From Narcine bancroftii (lineage: Eukaryota): DNA of 64,000 bases. The position numbers were made by a program, and so were the translations under genes. The DNA is taken from the NCBI RefSeq assembly GCF_036971445.1, contig NC_091471.1, positions 127,100,001-127,164,000 of the forward strand, in the 5' to 3' direction. Below, piece after piece: positions 47,169 through 60,699 of this stretch. Position 1 is the stretch's first letter, and each line of letters begins with the position of its first letter. The notes under the pieces are model-generated. The model did not search any database. It was not told where the DNA came from and saw nothing but the letters and a program-made list of their open reading frames with translations.

Positions 47169-49368
47169 TCACAAGTTAATAAACAGAAGGGGTTTCACAC
47201 AGGAAAATTGTTGTAACAGGTACATGAGTTGTAGGAATATTTAGTGCTTAACCATCAAGTGTAATGCCCGTTTTTAATCTTTAATGTTTCCCTCTCAGAC
47301 TGCACTGGTGTGTTGATGAATCTTTTCTTTTAACACTTTCTTTGATCTATCAAGTTCTTGAACAATATTGTGAGAGCATAACTGCAGGTTTTTATTGGTT
47401 CTGACCAAATTTCATTCTGAAGAATTGATCATGTCAAGATGTTTGATTCCATGAAGTTCAGTTTTTACCAAAATGGAAAACTGCTTTCTTTGTTCAAATG
47501 TATATCTTGAGTATAAATACTATTCTCTGATTACAGTTGTTAAATAACAATAATTACTGTTTCAAAAGCCTTTGAGCAATTTTTTTTGCATGTTTTTTTC
47601 CTCCATGGTAATTTTGTCTGCCTTTTGCATACAAGGTTATAATTATTATTATCTGCTCCAGCTGCTTCTGGTTCTCTTCCATCTGTGTGATACCATATGG
47701 TATCCTTTGGTCAGGAAAGCAGCCGGAGAGTAACATTGATTAAAACAATTGTTGGTTGATGTAGTGAGACGGGTATCTTTCTGATGCTGGATAGAAGTGT
47801 CACAGAAATAGATTTTTAAAAAAGTGATTAAGGAAATCAAATGTCACTAACATACCTAAAGGCATACAAATAGACTACTTATATAAGCATCACATGAAAT
47901 TGATCTACCTCCACCTAAATGACTCTTTTTCACATTGTTCTCTCACAACAATTTGGCTTTTCAGAGATTTTACTTAAAAAAAAAAAGTGAATAGGGTGCA
48001 CCAACTTGCTATGTAGCTTGTGTACTAATCAAAAATATTAAATTGATAATATATCAGTATGAAGCTGCTTAAAAACAGTGAACTTCAAGACTTGTTCACT
48101 ACGACAAATTCTGATTCTCTTGGCATTCCAATGATTTCTTCTCAGGGCTGTTTTACAGCTCCGAATACCACTTCTTTCGCTTTATTTGCAAAAGCTTTTT
48201 TCTCCACTTCTGCAGTCTCTTGTGTCTGGAAGAACTATAACATCTATTTGAGCTTTGCTATTGAACAATAAGAAACTTGTTGTTCTGTGATCTTTATTTT
48301 GAATTGTCAGATTTGAGCATTCTGATATGCATGTGAAATGTTTTTATTCCCTTTGAAAATGCCAAATTGACATGTATTATTTGTTTCATCAGCCCATTGC
48401 CAGGTTGTGTGTAACAAAAAAAATGGTAAGTTGAATACTTGCTCCCTTCTTTCGAGGTTTTTAAGAAGCTCAGCAATGGTTTTCAGAAGGATTGCTGAAG
48501 GCTGCCTTCGAGTTGATGTTGCTCAGTTTCTATAGCTGTTTGACACCAGGAAAAGATATGCCAACTCTTGTTCATTATCCATAGAGCCCAACCCCTCCCA
48601 GGATTTAGCTGCCTGAAAGTTTTGCATTTCAATCAGCCAAGATCTGTGCATTTCAAGACTAGGATGCTTTAGAATAGTGCTGCCTGTGGTTCTTGGGGAT
48701 AAAACCACATTTCTAGAGTAAATTTCTGGCTGTGTGTATCCATTATGGAAGTGCTGTTATTTATTAATTTTTTTGCACTGTTCCTTTGCTTAAATTCAAT
48801 TTATTTTCCATATTAAGTATAACATCAAATAAAAGCTCCTGAATCATTAAATGCATAATTTAGATGCATATTTTGTTTTGTACTAACTTTGAATCACTCT
48901 ACCTGGCCCATTGGGGAGTTGCCTTTTGGTCTTTTTCCTCATCCAAGATTCTGAACCAAAAAGAGATAACTATTTTTGGGAGCACAAGACATTGTGGGGG
49001 AGGGGTGGGGAAGAGAGAGAGGAGTCTTGTTGCTTTTGGAACTTAATATGCAATGTGCTGGATTTTCGCTTGGTCCCAATATATGGTTGTACAATTACAA
49101 CAATATTATTCTCCCGAAACCCAAGTTCTTGCAATGTTTTGCTGGAGATTTCATTAGATTCAGGGGTCTGAAAATCTGCAATAACATGCAACTGCTCTTT
49201 GAGATTATAAATCTATTTTGAGAGAATTTCCCAAAATTTCCTCTCCATGATGGATGTAACCTGGCCAAAAGGATGAATGATTTGAAGTGGAAGTTTCTGT
49301 TGCAGCAATCCTCTTTGAATTCATTTTACTTTTTTATCAAATTCGTGGTCTATTAAGGGCATCATCAT
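47169..49368 (-). pseudogene. Decayed single-exon coding sequence, CCDC87-like
   Basis: Long runs of one protein-like frame broken by scattered stops and frameshifts, with no TE motifs. The C-terminus QKQLEQI..L.MQKADKITM..K..KAFE.V..I...FEQ...LQLMYLLQQ resembles the CCDC87 C-terminal domain as I recall it. Confidence 0.45.
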
Positions 49369-49382
49369 TATTGAACTTGTTT

Positions 49383-49600
49383 GGGTAGCACGGTCAGTAT
49401 AGTGTTTGTTAGTGTTTACAGTGCAAGCGACTGGGGTTTGATTCTGGTGTTGTTTGTAAGGAGTTTGAACCTTCTTCCTGTGTCAACTTGGCTTTCCTCA
49501 GGCACTCGGGTTACTTCCCATGGTTCAAAATGTACCAAGTTGTAGGATAATTGGGTGGCACAGGCTCATCGGCCAAAAGGGCCTGTTACTGTACTGCATA
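49383..49600 (+). mobile_element. tRNA-derived SINE
   Basis: Homologous to 10408-10636. Confidence 0.75.
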
Positions 49601-50348
49601 TCTTTTTATATTAAAAAAATTATAAACTTGACTAGCCATACAATAAGCAAGGCTAAAAATTATGGTTTGATATTATTGTCATTTAATGCTATGATAATTA
49701 GTTTATTTTAAGCATAATTCTTCAATAGTATTGTTTTGCCTTAAAACTTATTTTGCAAGAGGCCATATGGCTTCTTGTCTAACAAATTTAATCTGATATA
49801 ATTATAAATACAGTATACTAATTTTAAGTCTGACCCATTAAGCAATTCAGGGAGTTGATCAATTCTTATTGTCAATCATCCAGAAATGGGTAACTCAGTT
49901 TTCACCTTAACAATATTATTTGACATTGGTTCAGGTTTTGCAGGATTCATGTCAGATTACAGATATGTTTGAGTTATCTTAGTCAAGAGAAAAATCTTTT
50001 TAAATTGTTTTTTCAACATTTATGGTGTGGCATATTTAAAATCTAATTATCATTTTACACATTATTTAGCCTGCTGAGGCTCTGTCAATTCTTGAATTAT
50101 TCCCAACTGTCTCATTTCACTGTATTTTCCCTATAACTTTTTAAAAATCATGGCCATGAACTTCCCCATTATTATGGTCTATCTACATAAGAGGACATTA
50201 ATGGAGGCTGATTAATATACATGTCTTTTGGATGCAAGAGAAACGCACTCAGTCACGGGAAAAATCTAACAAATTTGATGATATCTGACCTTTATAATTT
50301 GTTAGCTGGAAATTCAGAAAATCTGGATAAATCACTCTACAATGACCT

Positions 50349-50639
50349 TGTGGTGATATACCACTAACCTACTGCAGGGGGTGACCACTGTATCTGCAGG
50401 AAGATCACTGGAGGACAGACAACACCTCGCTGGCTGTCAATCAGTCAACCTGAATGGACCAACCCCACCTTGTCAGCTGCCAATCATCCACCCGGGATAT
50501 AAGCCACATCTGGCCCCTCTTGTGGTCAGTCACTCAGGAACCAGGCACAGCTAGCCACAGCAGAGACTTTTAAGCTGAACAAAGCCTGTTGTTCCAGTCT
50601 TTGAATCTTGTGTATGCTTACTGTCACTGCAGTACATCA
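50349..50639 (+). mobile_element. Solo LTR
   Basis: TG...CA termini, perfect 5-bp TSD GACCT (50344-50348 and 50640-50644), and CCAAT followed by TATAAG. Confidence 0.85.
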
Positions 50640-50839
50640 GACCTAAAATAACCAAGATCATATCCATCAGCAGGAGCAGTAAGAATCTGCTATGGAAAAA
50701 GTTGGGGGTGTGGTGGTGGATTGGGACAGTTTTTGAGGGCAGGGTGAAGAGGGAGACCACTTCAAACTTTAAAGGCAATATTTCTGGAGGTAGCGCTGTC
50801 ACACCAGGTACTGAGGCTGATTCTTGTATTAATGGTTAT

Positions 50840-51345
50840 GATCTTGTGTTATATCCTTTGCCTGCAACTTTATCCATGCCATTTCATGATTTTATAAACC
50901 TCAAAAGTTCACCACTCTGCCTCCTATCCTGCAGGGAATAAAAATCCTAGCCTCTCCAACCTCTCCCTTTTACTGAACCCCTCCAGTCCTTGCAACATGG
51001 TGGTGAATCTCCTCTGCAACATTCAATATACTTGCTAGCTTGGGCAACCAGAACTGGACTCAGTACTTTTAAGTGTAGTCTCACCAAGGCTTTTTACAAC
51101 TGTATCATGATGACCTGACCTTTGTACTCATCATTCCACTGAATGAAAGCAACTGTGGCACATACTTGGCCACACTATTCATTGTGTTGCCACTTTCGTG
51201 GAACTATTCAAATATACACCCAGGTCTCTTGTTTTCCAATACTATTCAGTCCTCTGCTATTTATTGTGTAAGTCCTGCCCTGGTTTGACTTTAAAGGCAA
51301 TACCTCGTATTTGTTAAAATTAAATTCCATTTGCCAAAGTTCAGC
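50840..51345 (-). mobile_element. CR1 LINE fragment
   Basis: Reverse complement of a degraded CR1 RT C-terminus. Confidence 0.6.
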
Positions 51346-53169
51346 AGAAAATCAATCACCTGAAGATGCATGATGCAATATCCTCTCTGCATTGCAATCC
51401 CAGTACTAAAGCTAGGGTGAACTTGAATTTGGAATATAGATACCATAAATACTATGCTATTGGTCCTGCAGATTAGTTCCACTTTAGTCAGAACAATGAT
51501 AGAGAATGATTTGACACCAGTCTTCACTGAGATTAATAATTTTGTGGATTCAGAGTGATTTGGGTAATGGCGTGCAAGCAAATGCATGGTGGATATGCAT
51601 TTCTGCAAATATCTGAATTTGAGGTGAGTGCTTAATTCAGTTGCTTCCAGTTGAAGACTTTGTGAGATAGAAAAGGCCATATGTTGTGTCAATGCTCACT
51701 GCTTTTTTCATGGATTATGTCCACGGTTATCCTTGGTGGAAGGAATCTCCATGGTGTTCTAGGAAGCAGGAATACTATTATTGGTTGAGGATATTCCTAT
51801 CAAATGTTTTTCCTTGCGCTAGAAAGTGGGGAAAACTCATCTGTTGTTACTGCAATCAGACTTGTTCCCTTTATGGTCAGGATGATGATGCCCAAAACTC
51901 CCTGGTATATGCTCCTCTTTTTAATATGAACCATCTAATTTTGGATTTGTGCCTGAATCTTCTCAATGCTGAATTTTCCAAAAAAAAATTGACTTTTTGA
52001 CTTTTGACTTTGTTTGTTGGTGATGTCAATAAGTTAGACCTGAAAAAGCTGCCTGGGGATGATGTATGTTAACATCAAATACAGTTGGGTAGATCTTCAG
52101 TTTCTTTCAGTAGGTGCTGATGGCCTCTGTGACTGTGAACACCACCACAATTCTTGGGTCAGGACTTGGATGAATTGCCTGTATTTGGCCTTCCTACTTC
52201 CAGCATTTTAAATTTAAAAAAAAAAAGCCAATGGACATCATCCTTTTAGTGAGTCACTGGGCCTCTTGAACTTCTCACACAACCTCTCTCCTTCTAATCA
52301 CATTTTCTGCTGAAGTCTGTGGCTTCAAGAATAACTACATCAATGACAGAAGGAGCACATCACCTCATAAACTAATGTCTTGTCAGGCTCTACCTACACT
52401 ACATTGGAAAGAGTCTGCAATTCCCACATTGGTTCCTGTAGATCTCTGAACCCACAACAGTGGTATGGAAGCAGGTCCTCCTTGATTCTGAGCAACTGCC
52501 TCAGAAGGAACCATTTTTCTTCCACTTTTTCTCTTTTAATTATCTGAAGTTTGGCTCTCCCTTCAGCTGGATGAATTTTTACCATTTTTAATGCCTTTTG
52601 AGTCTTCTAACACAAAGGCAGATTCTAAGTCTTAAAAAATGTGTCATTTTCTTATTTCCCATAATGAATTCTTCCATATCATTATGTAAAGAACTATTAT
52701 TTTGGCAACTTCATTTGGTTGTAGAAACTCAAAGGGTATGTTTAAGCTTGTTGTTGGTTTACTTGCATCTATTTTGTTTGCCTTTGTTTTTAATCCTCCT
52801 TTGGTTGCTGAAATACTCCCAATCTTGCACACTAAACTTTCAATGTGGTACCATCAACTTGGTTCATCAGGTGGATCGCGTTAATTGGGTGGGGGGAAGG
52901 GATACTCCATTGATCCTCTCTGCCATTCTTAATGTTCCTGAGGATTTACCTCCAATCTGTTTCTCTGCAGCAATTGAACCACATGGTGATGCAGCCGGCC
53001 AGGACACTTTCGATAGAGTTCCTATAGAATGTTAACGTAATGGTGGCTGGTAGCCTTGCCTGCTTCAGTCTTCACAGGAAAGTGTTGTTATTGTGCTTTC
53101 CTATAAAATTTTTAAATTTGTAGAAAATTTATAAAAAAAATTCTGACAAGTGAGGAGGAGATGTTATGA

Positions 53170-54190
53170 ACTTTGTGTTCTCAAATCTCCATAGAGTTGT
53201 TGGATTCGACAATAGCTGGATGGGAGAAGCCATAGAGTAGTGGTGGATGATTGCTTCTCAGTCAGGAACTTGTGACTAGCGGTGCTGAGACCATTGTTGT
53301 TTGTCATCCGAATGAATGATCTGGATGATAGCGTGATAAATTGGATCAGCAAGTTTGCAGATGATACTAAGATTGGAGGAGTTCTGGACAGCAGATTTTC
53401 AAAGTTTGCAGAGGGATCTGGACCAGCTTAGAAAATGGGGTGAAAAAAATTCATTTAGAAGTTAATGCAGACAACTGAGGTGTTGAGGTTTGAAAGGATA
53501 AACCCAGAAAAGGCATACACGGTATGTGGTAGGGCACTGAGCAGTGAGGTAGAACAGAGGGATCTGGGAATATAGGTACATAATTCCCTGAAAGTGGCAT
53601 CACAGGTGGATAGGGTTGTAAAGAGATCCTTTGGCATATTGGCTTTTATAAATCAAAATGTTGGGTATAGGAGTTGGGATGTTATGGTAAAGTTGTATAA
53701 GATGTTGGTGAGGCTAAATATGGAGTATTGTGTGCAGTTTTGGTCACCTAACTACAGGAAAGATAAATAAGATGGAAAGAATGCAGAAAAGCTTAATTAG
53801 GATGTGGCCTGGACTTCAGGAATGGAGTTACAGGGAAGGGTTAAACAGGTTAGGACTTTATTTCCAGGAGTGTTGAAGAATGAGGGGAAATTTGATAGAG
53901 GTATTTAAAATTGAGGGGAATAGAGTAAATATAGGTTTTTTCCACTGAGGGTAGGTGAGATACAAACCAAAGGACAAGGGTTGAAATTGAAAGGGGAAAA
54001 GTTTAGGGGAAACATGAGGTGGAACTTATTCACACAGAGTAGTGGGAGTGTAGAATGAGCTGCCAGCTGGGGTGGTGAATGTGGGGTCAATGTTTAACAT
54101 TTAAGAATATGGACCGGCACATGGATGGGAGAGGTATGGAGGACTATGAACAGGATGCAGGTCAGTGGGTCTAGGCAAAAGGCCAAAAAA
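53170..54190 (+). mobile_element. CR1 LINE 3' fragment nested in Rex1 remnants (about 52870-53160 and 54200-54780, - strand)
   Basis: WISKFADDTKIGG and MEYCVQFWSP motifs. Flanking minus-strand Rex1 motifs EFADDTTVV and LNVDKTKEMIID. Confidence 0.8.
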
Positions 54191-55847
54191 GCCAGTTTCT
54201 TTGATGTAGTATTGAGGGTGGTTGTTCATGGTCCTCCTGATGTCTATGATCATCTCCTTAGTCTTGTCCACATTGAGACTCTTGTACCATTTCATGAGAT
54301 TTTCTACCTCTTCTGTAGTGTGACTCATGGTTGTTGCTGATGAGACTGACTACTGTGGTATCATCTGCAAATTCGATGACACTTTTGGAGCTGGATGCAT
54401 TTGTGGGAAAGTAGCATGAACAGGAGCCGGCTGAGCACACAGCCCTGAGAGTGACAGTGCTCTAAGTTCTACTTCTGACTCAGACAGGGGTCTGTGCAGT
54501 CTCTCAGTCCGCGACCAGTTATGTTGTCCAGTTCTGCTGCTTCGTGTGGGTTCATCTTGGATAGGGTTCTTCTAGCTGCGGCTATTCATGGGTGAAATTG
54601 AACTTTTTTCAGCATCATCCTGTTCTTCTCATCAAACCATGCATAGAAGACATTCAGTCTGACCAGAAGAGAGGTATCATTGTCCTTAACTGACAAGGCT
54701 GACTTGTGATCTGTAATAGTCTTGATTGTGATAGATATTTGTGAGGAGTTGGACAATTTGCAGCATCCATGGTGCTTAAATCTCTTTCTCTGAAGCCAAT
54801 CAGTTATTTTGATTTGTGTATGGTGCTGCTTACTTCAAGTACTCTAATTTGGCAATTCTTTTCCATGTATCGGGCAATAATTATGGACTAATTATTGCAT
54901 GAAATCAGAAAGGTGATAATTTTATTTAATCTTGGTGTTGATACTCATGTTCAATTTTAGTAGTCACACTTGTTTAAGATCAATAACTAGAGCTTTGACT
55001 GTCATTATGATCTTTTCCTAGCCCAGAACACCCATTTTGCTTCCCTGGTTTGTGGGAACGCAAAATATCAGGTTTAAATATTGTTCCATATACTCAAATT
55101 TTGTGTCTCAAGATCAAAACTTATTATTATTTAGCAACAGTTTTTGTTTTGATTTGCCCCCTTTAACCAAACACTTTTTTTCTTTAGTTTGTCCTAATGA
55201 TTTATGAGTATATTTAAAAAAAAAATGCAATTGTCATTAATTCTTAATGTTTGCAGAAAGTCATTTACTTTTAATTATTGGTAGCTCGAAAAGGAGTAAT
55301 GCTGTGCCAAAGCAGTTAGGTCTAAAATAATGTATTGATTTTTGATTAGAAATGAGATGAATTCAAAACATTTTATCGTGAACTTGTGAGCCATAACATC
55401 CTTTCTGGCATTATATAGTTTCCAATATTTGAGAGATTCTTAGTGCTTTTTGAATTTATCAAATTAAGTACATTTTTTGGCTTTCTCACTTATCCATTAT
55501 CTACAATATCTTGACATTAACATGATTCAGCTCTTAACTGATTCTTCATTCTCATTGTTACACTGACAGTTGAGTCAGTCTTTTAATAGTGTATCATTCA
55601 GCAATACCATTTTAGAGTTGCAAATTAAAGTGCAACAAACCCTTTCATAATCTTGATTTGTATAACAGAAAAACACTTTGACAAAAGAAGTCATCAGTAA
55701 TTTGTTCATGATTTAGTTATATGCTTTAAAGATGTCTCTCTGTAAAATTCTGCTTGTAATATTGAAATATTTCCTTACCTAAACTGGGAAATGCATTTTG
55801 GGAGCAAGGGACATTTATTTTCCTGGGATCCTCCGCATAATGTCTAT

Positions 55848-55935
55848 TCTCTTTTCTTTGGCTTGGCTTCGCGGACGAAGATTTATGGAGGGGTAAAGTC
55901 CACGTCAGCTGCAGGCTCGTTTGTGGCTGACAAGT
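55848..55935 (-). mobile_element. RTE LINE, extreme 3' fragment
   Basis: Matches the RTE 3' UTR and tail of the other copies. Confidence 0.88.
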
Positions 55936-56270
55936 TTATTTCAGTAAATGCTGCACTTGAGGATGGCTTGGCATTGGGACCTTTCTCTGTGTGTATACTG
56001 TACATGCAAACTTTACTTGCCAATTGGATTTCACATTATAGATTGCAACAATGTCTTAAAATTGACAGGCATCTGCTTCACCTCCAGAAGAGTAGTACAG
56101 TCTTAACAGTTGAGCTGGCATTGGAATTCTTGTACATTCTTCATTTAAGGTTCTGTTTGGGAAAATAATTTGCTTTTCCTTTTCATGCCTTTTTATCAGT
56201 TTTGTATCATTTTGAGGATGGATTCACAATGATTAAGTTCCTGAATAAGTAATCAAGAGTCACAAGACCA

Positions 56271-56510
56271 CGGAGCAGCATGGTTAGTGCAACACCTTTA
56301 TGGTGCCAGCAATTGGGATCGGGGTTTGAATCCCATGCTGTCTGTAAGGAGTTGTTTTCCCTGTGTCTACGTGGGTTTTCCCTGGGGGGGGGGGGGGTGT
56401 CTGGTTTCCCCTCACTGTTCGAAACGTACTGGGGGTGTAGGTTAATTGGGTGTAAATTGGGCAACACGGACTCATGGGCAGAAATGGCCTGTTACTGTGC
56501 TGTATGTCTA
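56271..56510 (+). mobile_element. tRNA-derived SINE
   Basis: Homologous to 10408-10636, with GGGTTTGAATCCC B-box. Confidence 0.78.
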
Positions 56511-56739
56511 AATTTTAAATTTAAAAGACCAATTTTTGAATAAAGTTACCGATGAATTTAATATCATTGGATTTTTAAAAAAAGGGCTGATGTCAGTTAG
56601 GCTGACCGAGTTTCAGACTGTCATTTGAAATGTCATTTTGAAATGTTTGGAAAATAGACATGCACCAATGAATAGCAAGCTCTTGGTGCTTTGCAAATTT
56701 ACATGCACTTGGAGAAGCATAGGGATGCTTATTCTTGTT

Positions 56740-57880
56740 GGGGATGATTACCATGACTTGGTGAAAGGCAGGCAGTGCCTCATGAACTGAATTTAGGTTT
56801 CAAGGAGGTGACAAAGCAGATTGGTAGAGTATTGGATGTGGTGCATATGGATTTTTGTAAAATATTTCACAAAGTTCCTCATGGTAAGCTCATCCAGTAG
56901 GTCATGAGTCATGGAAATTTGGCTGCCTATATTTGGAATTGACTGACCTTCAGGAGTCTGAGATGATTGAATTCTGACTGAAGGTCAGTGATTGATGGTA
57001 TTCAGTAGGGATCTATTCTGGGTCCCCTGGTCTTCATGATCTTCATAATTTGGATGAGGAAGTGGATGGGTTAGTAAGGAAATGGAGGTGTGGATAGTGT
57101 TGAAAGTTGTTGTAGGCTGCAGCAGAATATAGGGACAGGATGCAGAGTTGGATGGGGAAGTGGCAGATGGAGATTAGTCCAGAAAAGTAAGAACTAATGC
57201 ACTTTGTACAATCAAACCTGAAGGCAGAATACAAGGTTAATGGCCATATCGTAACAGTGTGGAGCATCAGAGGGATCTTTTTAGTCTAAGCATATTAACC
57301 TTCATCAGCCGGGGCATGAGTTCAAGAGCTGTGAGGCAACGTTGCAGCTCTTTCAATCATTGGTTTCTGTGAGACCATAATTCGAGTATTATGTTTGGTT
57401 AGGGCTCCTCATTTCAGAATGTTGTGGAAGCTTTAGTGATGGTGCAGAGGACATTTACCAGGATGTTGCCTGAATTGGAGAACATGAGGAAAGGCTAAGT
57501 GAGCTAGGGCTTATTTCTTTGGAACAACGGGTGACAATAGAGGTCCCTTTAATGGATTATGAAGAGCATGGAGTAGACCTTTTTCTCAGGGCATGAATGG
57601 CCAATATTAGAAGATATCAGTTTAAGGTGTGTGGAGGAAAGTTTAGGGGAGATGGGTTTTTTATACAGTGGTGTCTACTTAGAATGTACTGCTGGGGTAA
57701 AGTTTGAGGCTGATATCTATCCTCTTGGATAGGAACATAAGATGTAAGAACATTGGAGTGGGGTTGTATCCTGTGAAGGAGGGAAGGGTTAGGGTTAGAT
57801 TGATCATGAAGTTTGGTTTTTGGTTTCCACACAATCATTGACCAAAGGGCCTGTACACTGCTATAGTCTTCTTTGTTCTA
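56740..57880 (+). mobile_element. Old CR1 LINE fragment
   Basis: Degraded RT motifs (MDF.K.F.KVPH, KWQME, VQR.FTRMLP) and a CR1 tail. Confidence 0.7.
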
Positions 57881-59365
57881 AGTGAACACTTCCATCATAA
57901 TGCCTGGATGGTGCCACAGTGGTATTGAGATAGGAATAAATTCTCAACATTGGTTCAGAATCGCATAATACCTTAAGGCATCACCTCAGATGTGGGCAAG
58001 AAAATCACCACCTGATTACCACATAATCTTTTCCCTTGGCTGATGAATTGGTATTCACTTCTTTTGAATAGGAATTGGAAGAAACAGAAGGTGGCAATGA
58101 CATAGAATTAGTCAGTTTGATGGACTTTCATCAGTCATCATCAAAAGTGACTTGGTGGGATGATCACTAACGAAGTTGACTGAGTCTTTAGGGACATGAA
58201 AGCTGGACTATATTTGAAATGGATGATGAGTGAACAAAATTAAGGAAATCTTTATCAGACTAATTTGCTTTTTAAAGGCAGCATGCATTCAAGTAACAAC
58301 AGTATAGTGTACGATGTGGCAAAATCTTGTCAGCACCTGGAAAACATCCTTCATATTATTCTATTTTACTAAATGAGTTGGACTCTGGTTATGGAGCTCA
58401 TGAGACATTGACCTTTTGCAGTAGCAAATAGTATTTCACAATAGTCTGTGTGCTCTGCCCAATTTATCTCTCACTCGCATTGTAACGAAGCCAGCAGATC
58501 AACAATAGTTCAGTGGGGGGGGGGGGGGGGGGAAGGAGAAAATGTTGTGAATAGTATCAAATGTAATATCTCAGATGTAATGAAGAACGTGGTTTGAACC
58601 TGTCGATGGATACACAAGTGCATAAGATACCACTGGAATCATATGTGCGTGTGGCAAGCTAAGTGATCTTGAACCATGCAACAGCTGAAAACCTTGGTAT
58701 CTCCCCACATTCAATCAAGAGTGATGGTATAAAACTTGAAAGTTAATTGAAGGATGTTGTTTTGAGAGCATTCCTATTCTCACTGAGTGCAAAAGAAAAT
58801 GCTGATCCAGTTGCAAGGATCTTTATTTGGAAAGGTGGAGTAATTGATCCAAAATGGACACAGAAAATGCTGGAGGTGCTCAAAAGGTCAGACTGCCTCC
58901 CTGAAGAGGAAAACAATTGAATATTTTGTGTCAATGAACTTTCATCAGAATGATTCACTCTGCTGATATGGTAAGCTGAGTGAACTGGCTGAAAGTGATG
59001 GACGCAGGAGCACCTATGGGAACAGACAGGTTCAAGACGAAATATTTGGACTCTAAAGACAACATCAAGACAAATCCAATCTGGCTAATCGTCCAATTTA
59101 ATGTACTGTCATTTATCAGAAAAACAATGGATGACATTGCTGCCAAATTCATTAAGTGGCCTAGTTCCCAATATGGACAAAAAAACTCGAACCCCAGAGT
59201 AGAGGTGAAAATGACTGCCTGGTATTAAAGCCATAAAAGTCAGTATGGGAATGATCTCTTTGGCCTAACTTTCCCATGTTACCTTAGCTGGTCCCATTTG
59301 CTGATGTTTGATCCATATCCCTCTGAACCTCTCTTATCTGTGTACCTGTCTTAATTATCTTTTAA

Positions 59366-60149
59366 ATCTCGGCTGCACCATTTCATCGGATGCAAGGATC
59401 GACAATGAGATAGACAACAGACTCGCCAAGGCAAATAGTGCCTTTGGAAGACTACACAAGAGTCTGGAAAAACAACCAACTGAAAAACCTCAAAAGATTA
59501 GCGTATACAGAGCCGTTGTCATACCCACACTCCTGTTCGGCTCCGAATCATGGGTCCTTTACCGGCATCACCTACGGCTCCTAGAACGCTTCCACCAGCG
59601 TTGTCTCTGCTCCATCCTCAACATTCATTGGAGCGACTTCATCTCCAACATCGAAGTACTCGAGATGTCAGAGGCCGACAGCATCGAATCCACGCTGCTG
59701 AAGATCAAACTGCGCTGGATAGGTCAAGTCTCCAGAATGGAGGACCATCGCCTTCCCAAGATCGTGTTATATGGCGAGCTCTCTACTGGTCACCGAGACA
59801 GAGGTTCACCAAAGAAGATGTACAAGGACTGCCTAAAGAAAGCTCTTGGTGCCTGCCACATTGACCACTGCCAGTGGGCTGATATCGCCTCAAACCGTGC
59901 ATCTTGGTGCCTCACAGTTCAGCAGGCAGCAACATCCTTTGAAGAAGACTGCAGAGCCCACCTCACTGTCAAAAGACTAAGGAGGAAAAACCTAGCACCC
60001 AACCCCAACCAACCAATTTTCCCTTGCAACCTCTGCAACCGTGTCTGCCTGTCCCGCATCGGACTTGTCAGGCACAAACGAGCCTGCAGCTGACGTGGAC
60101 ATTACCCCTCCATAAATCTTCGTCTGCGAAGCCAAGCCAAAGAAAAAGA
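59366..60149 (+). mobile_element. RTE LINE 3' fragment nested in a - strand CR1 remnant (about 59230-60420)
   Basis: ORF 59308-60093 matches the other RTE copies from LGCTISSDAR to HKRACS. Confidence 0.92.
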
Positions 60150-60699
60150 TTATAATTCTACCTACCTCATTCACTTTCTCTTGCAGTTCATTCCAAATAC
60201 CTACCACCTTCAGGCTCCTTTTTCCATCTCTTTAAATCTATGTCCTTTAGTTTTGGACTCCCATACCCTTGAAAATGACTGCTCATTTTCTGTCTTCAAT
60301 TGGTAATTCCTCTCAGCTCCTCAGAGAAAAATAAATCCTAGCCTCTGCAGCCTACCCTTGTAACTGATGCCCTCCAGTCACAATAATACCCTTGAAGGTC
60401 TTTTCTGCACACTTTTTAGCTTTATCAGACTTGGTTTTACTTGCATTTAACCTTCATTCAAATTTCTGACTGAACTGGTGTAATGGAGACAAATTCATTG
60501 GAGAAAGTGTTGGCTGCTAAATATGACCACCAGCATTTTGGGTATAGACCACTGAGGATCTTTGTTGTAAAAGCCACCATGGGTCCTGTTTTACTGACAA
60601 TTTAAACCTTCAGAGGGTCATCGGAAGGGATGACTGGGCCGTTGCTCCTATGGAACAGGATTGGTCGGTCATGATCCCCTTTTTCCTAGAACTCTCAAG

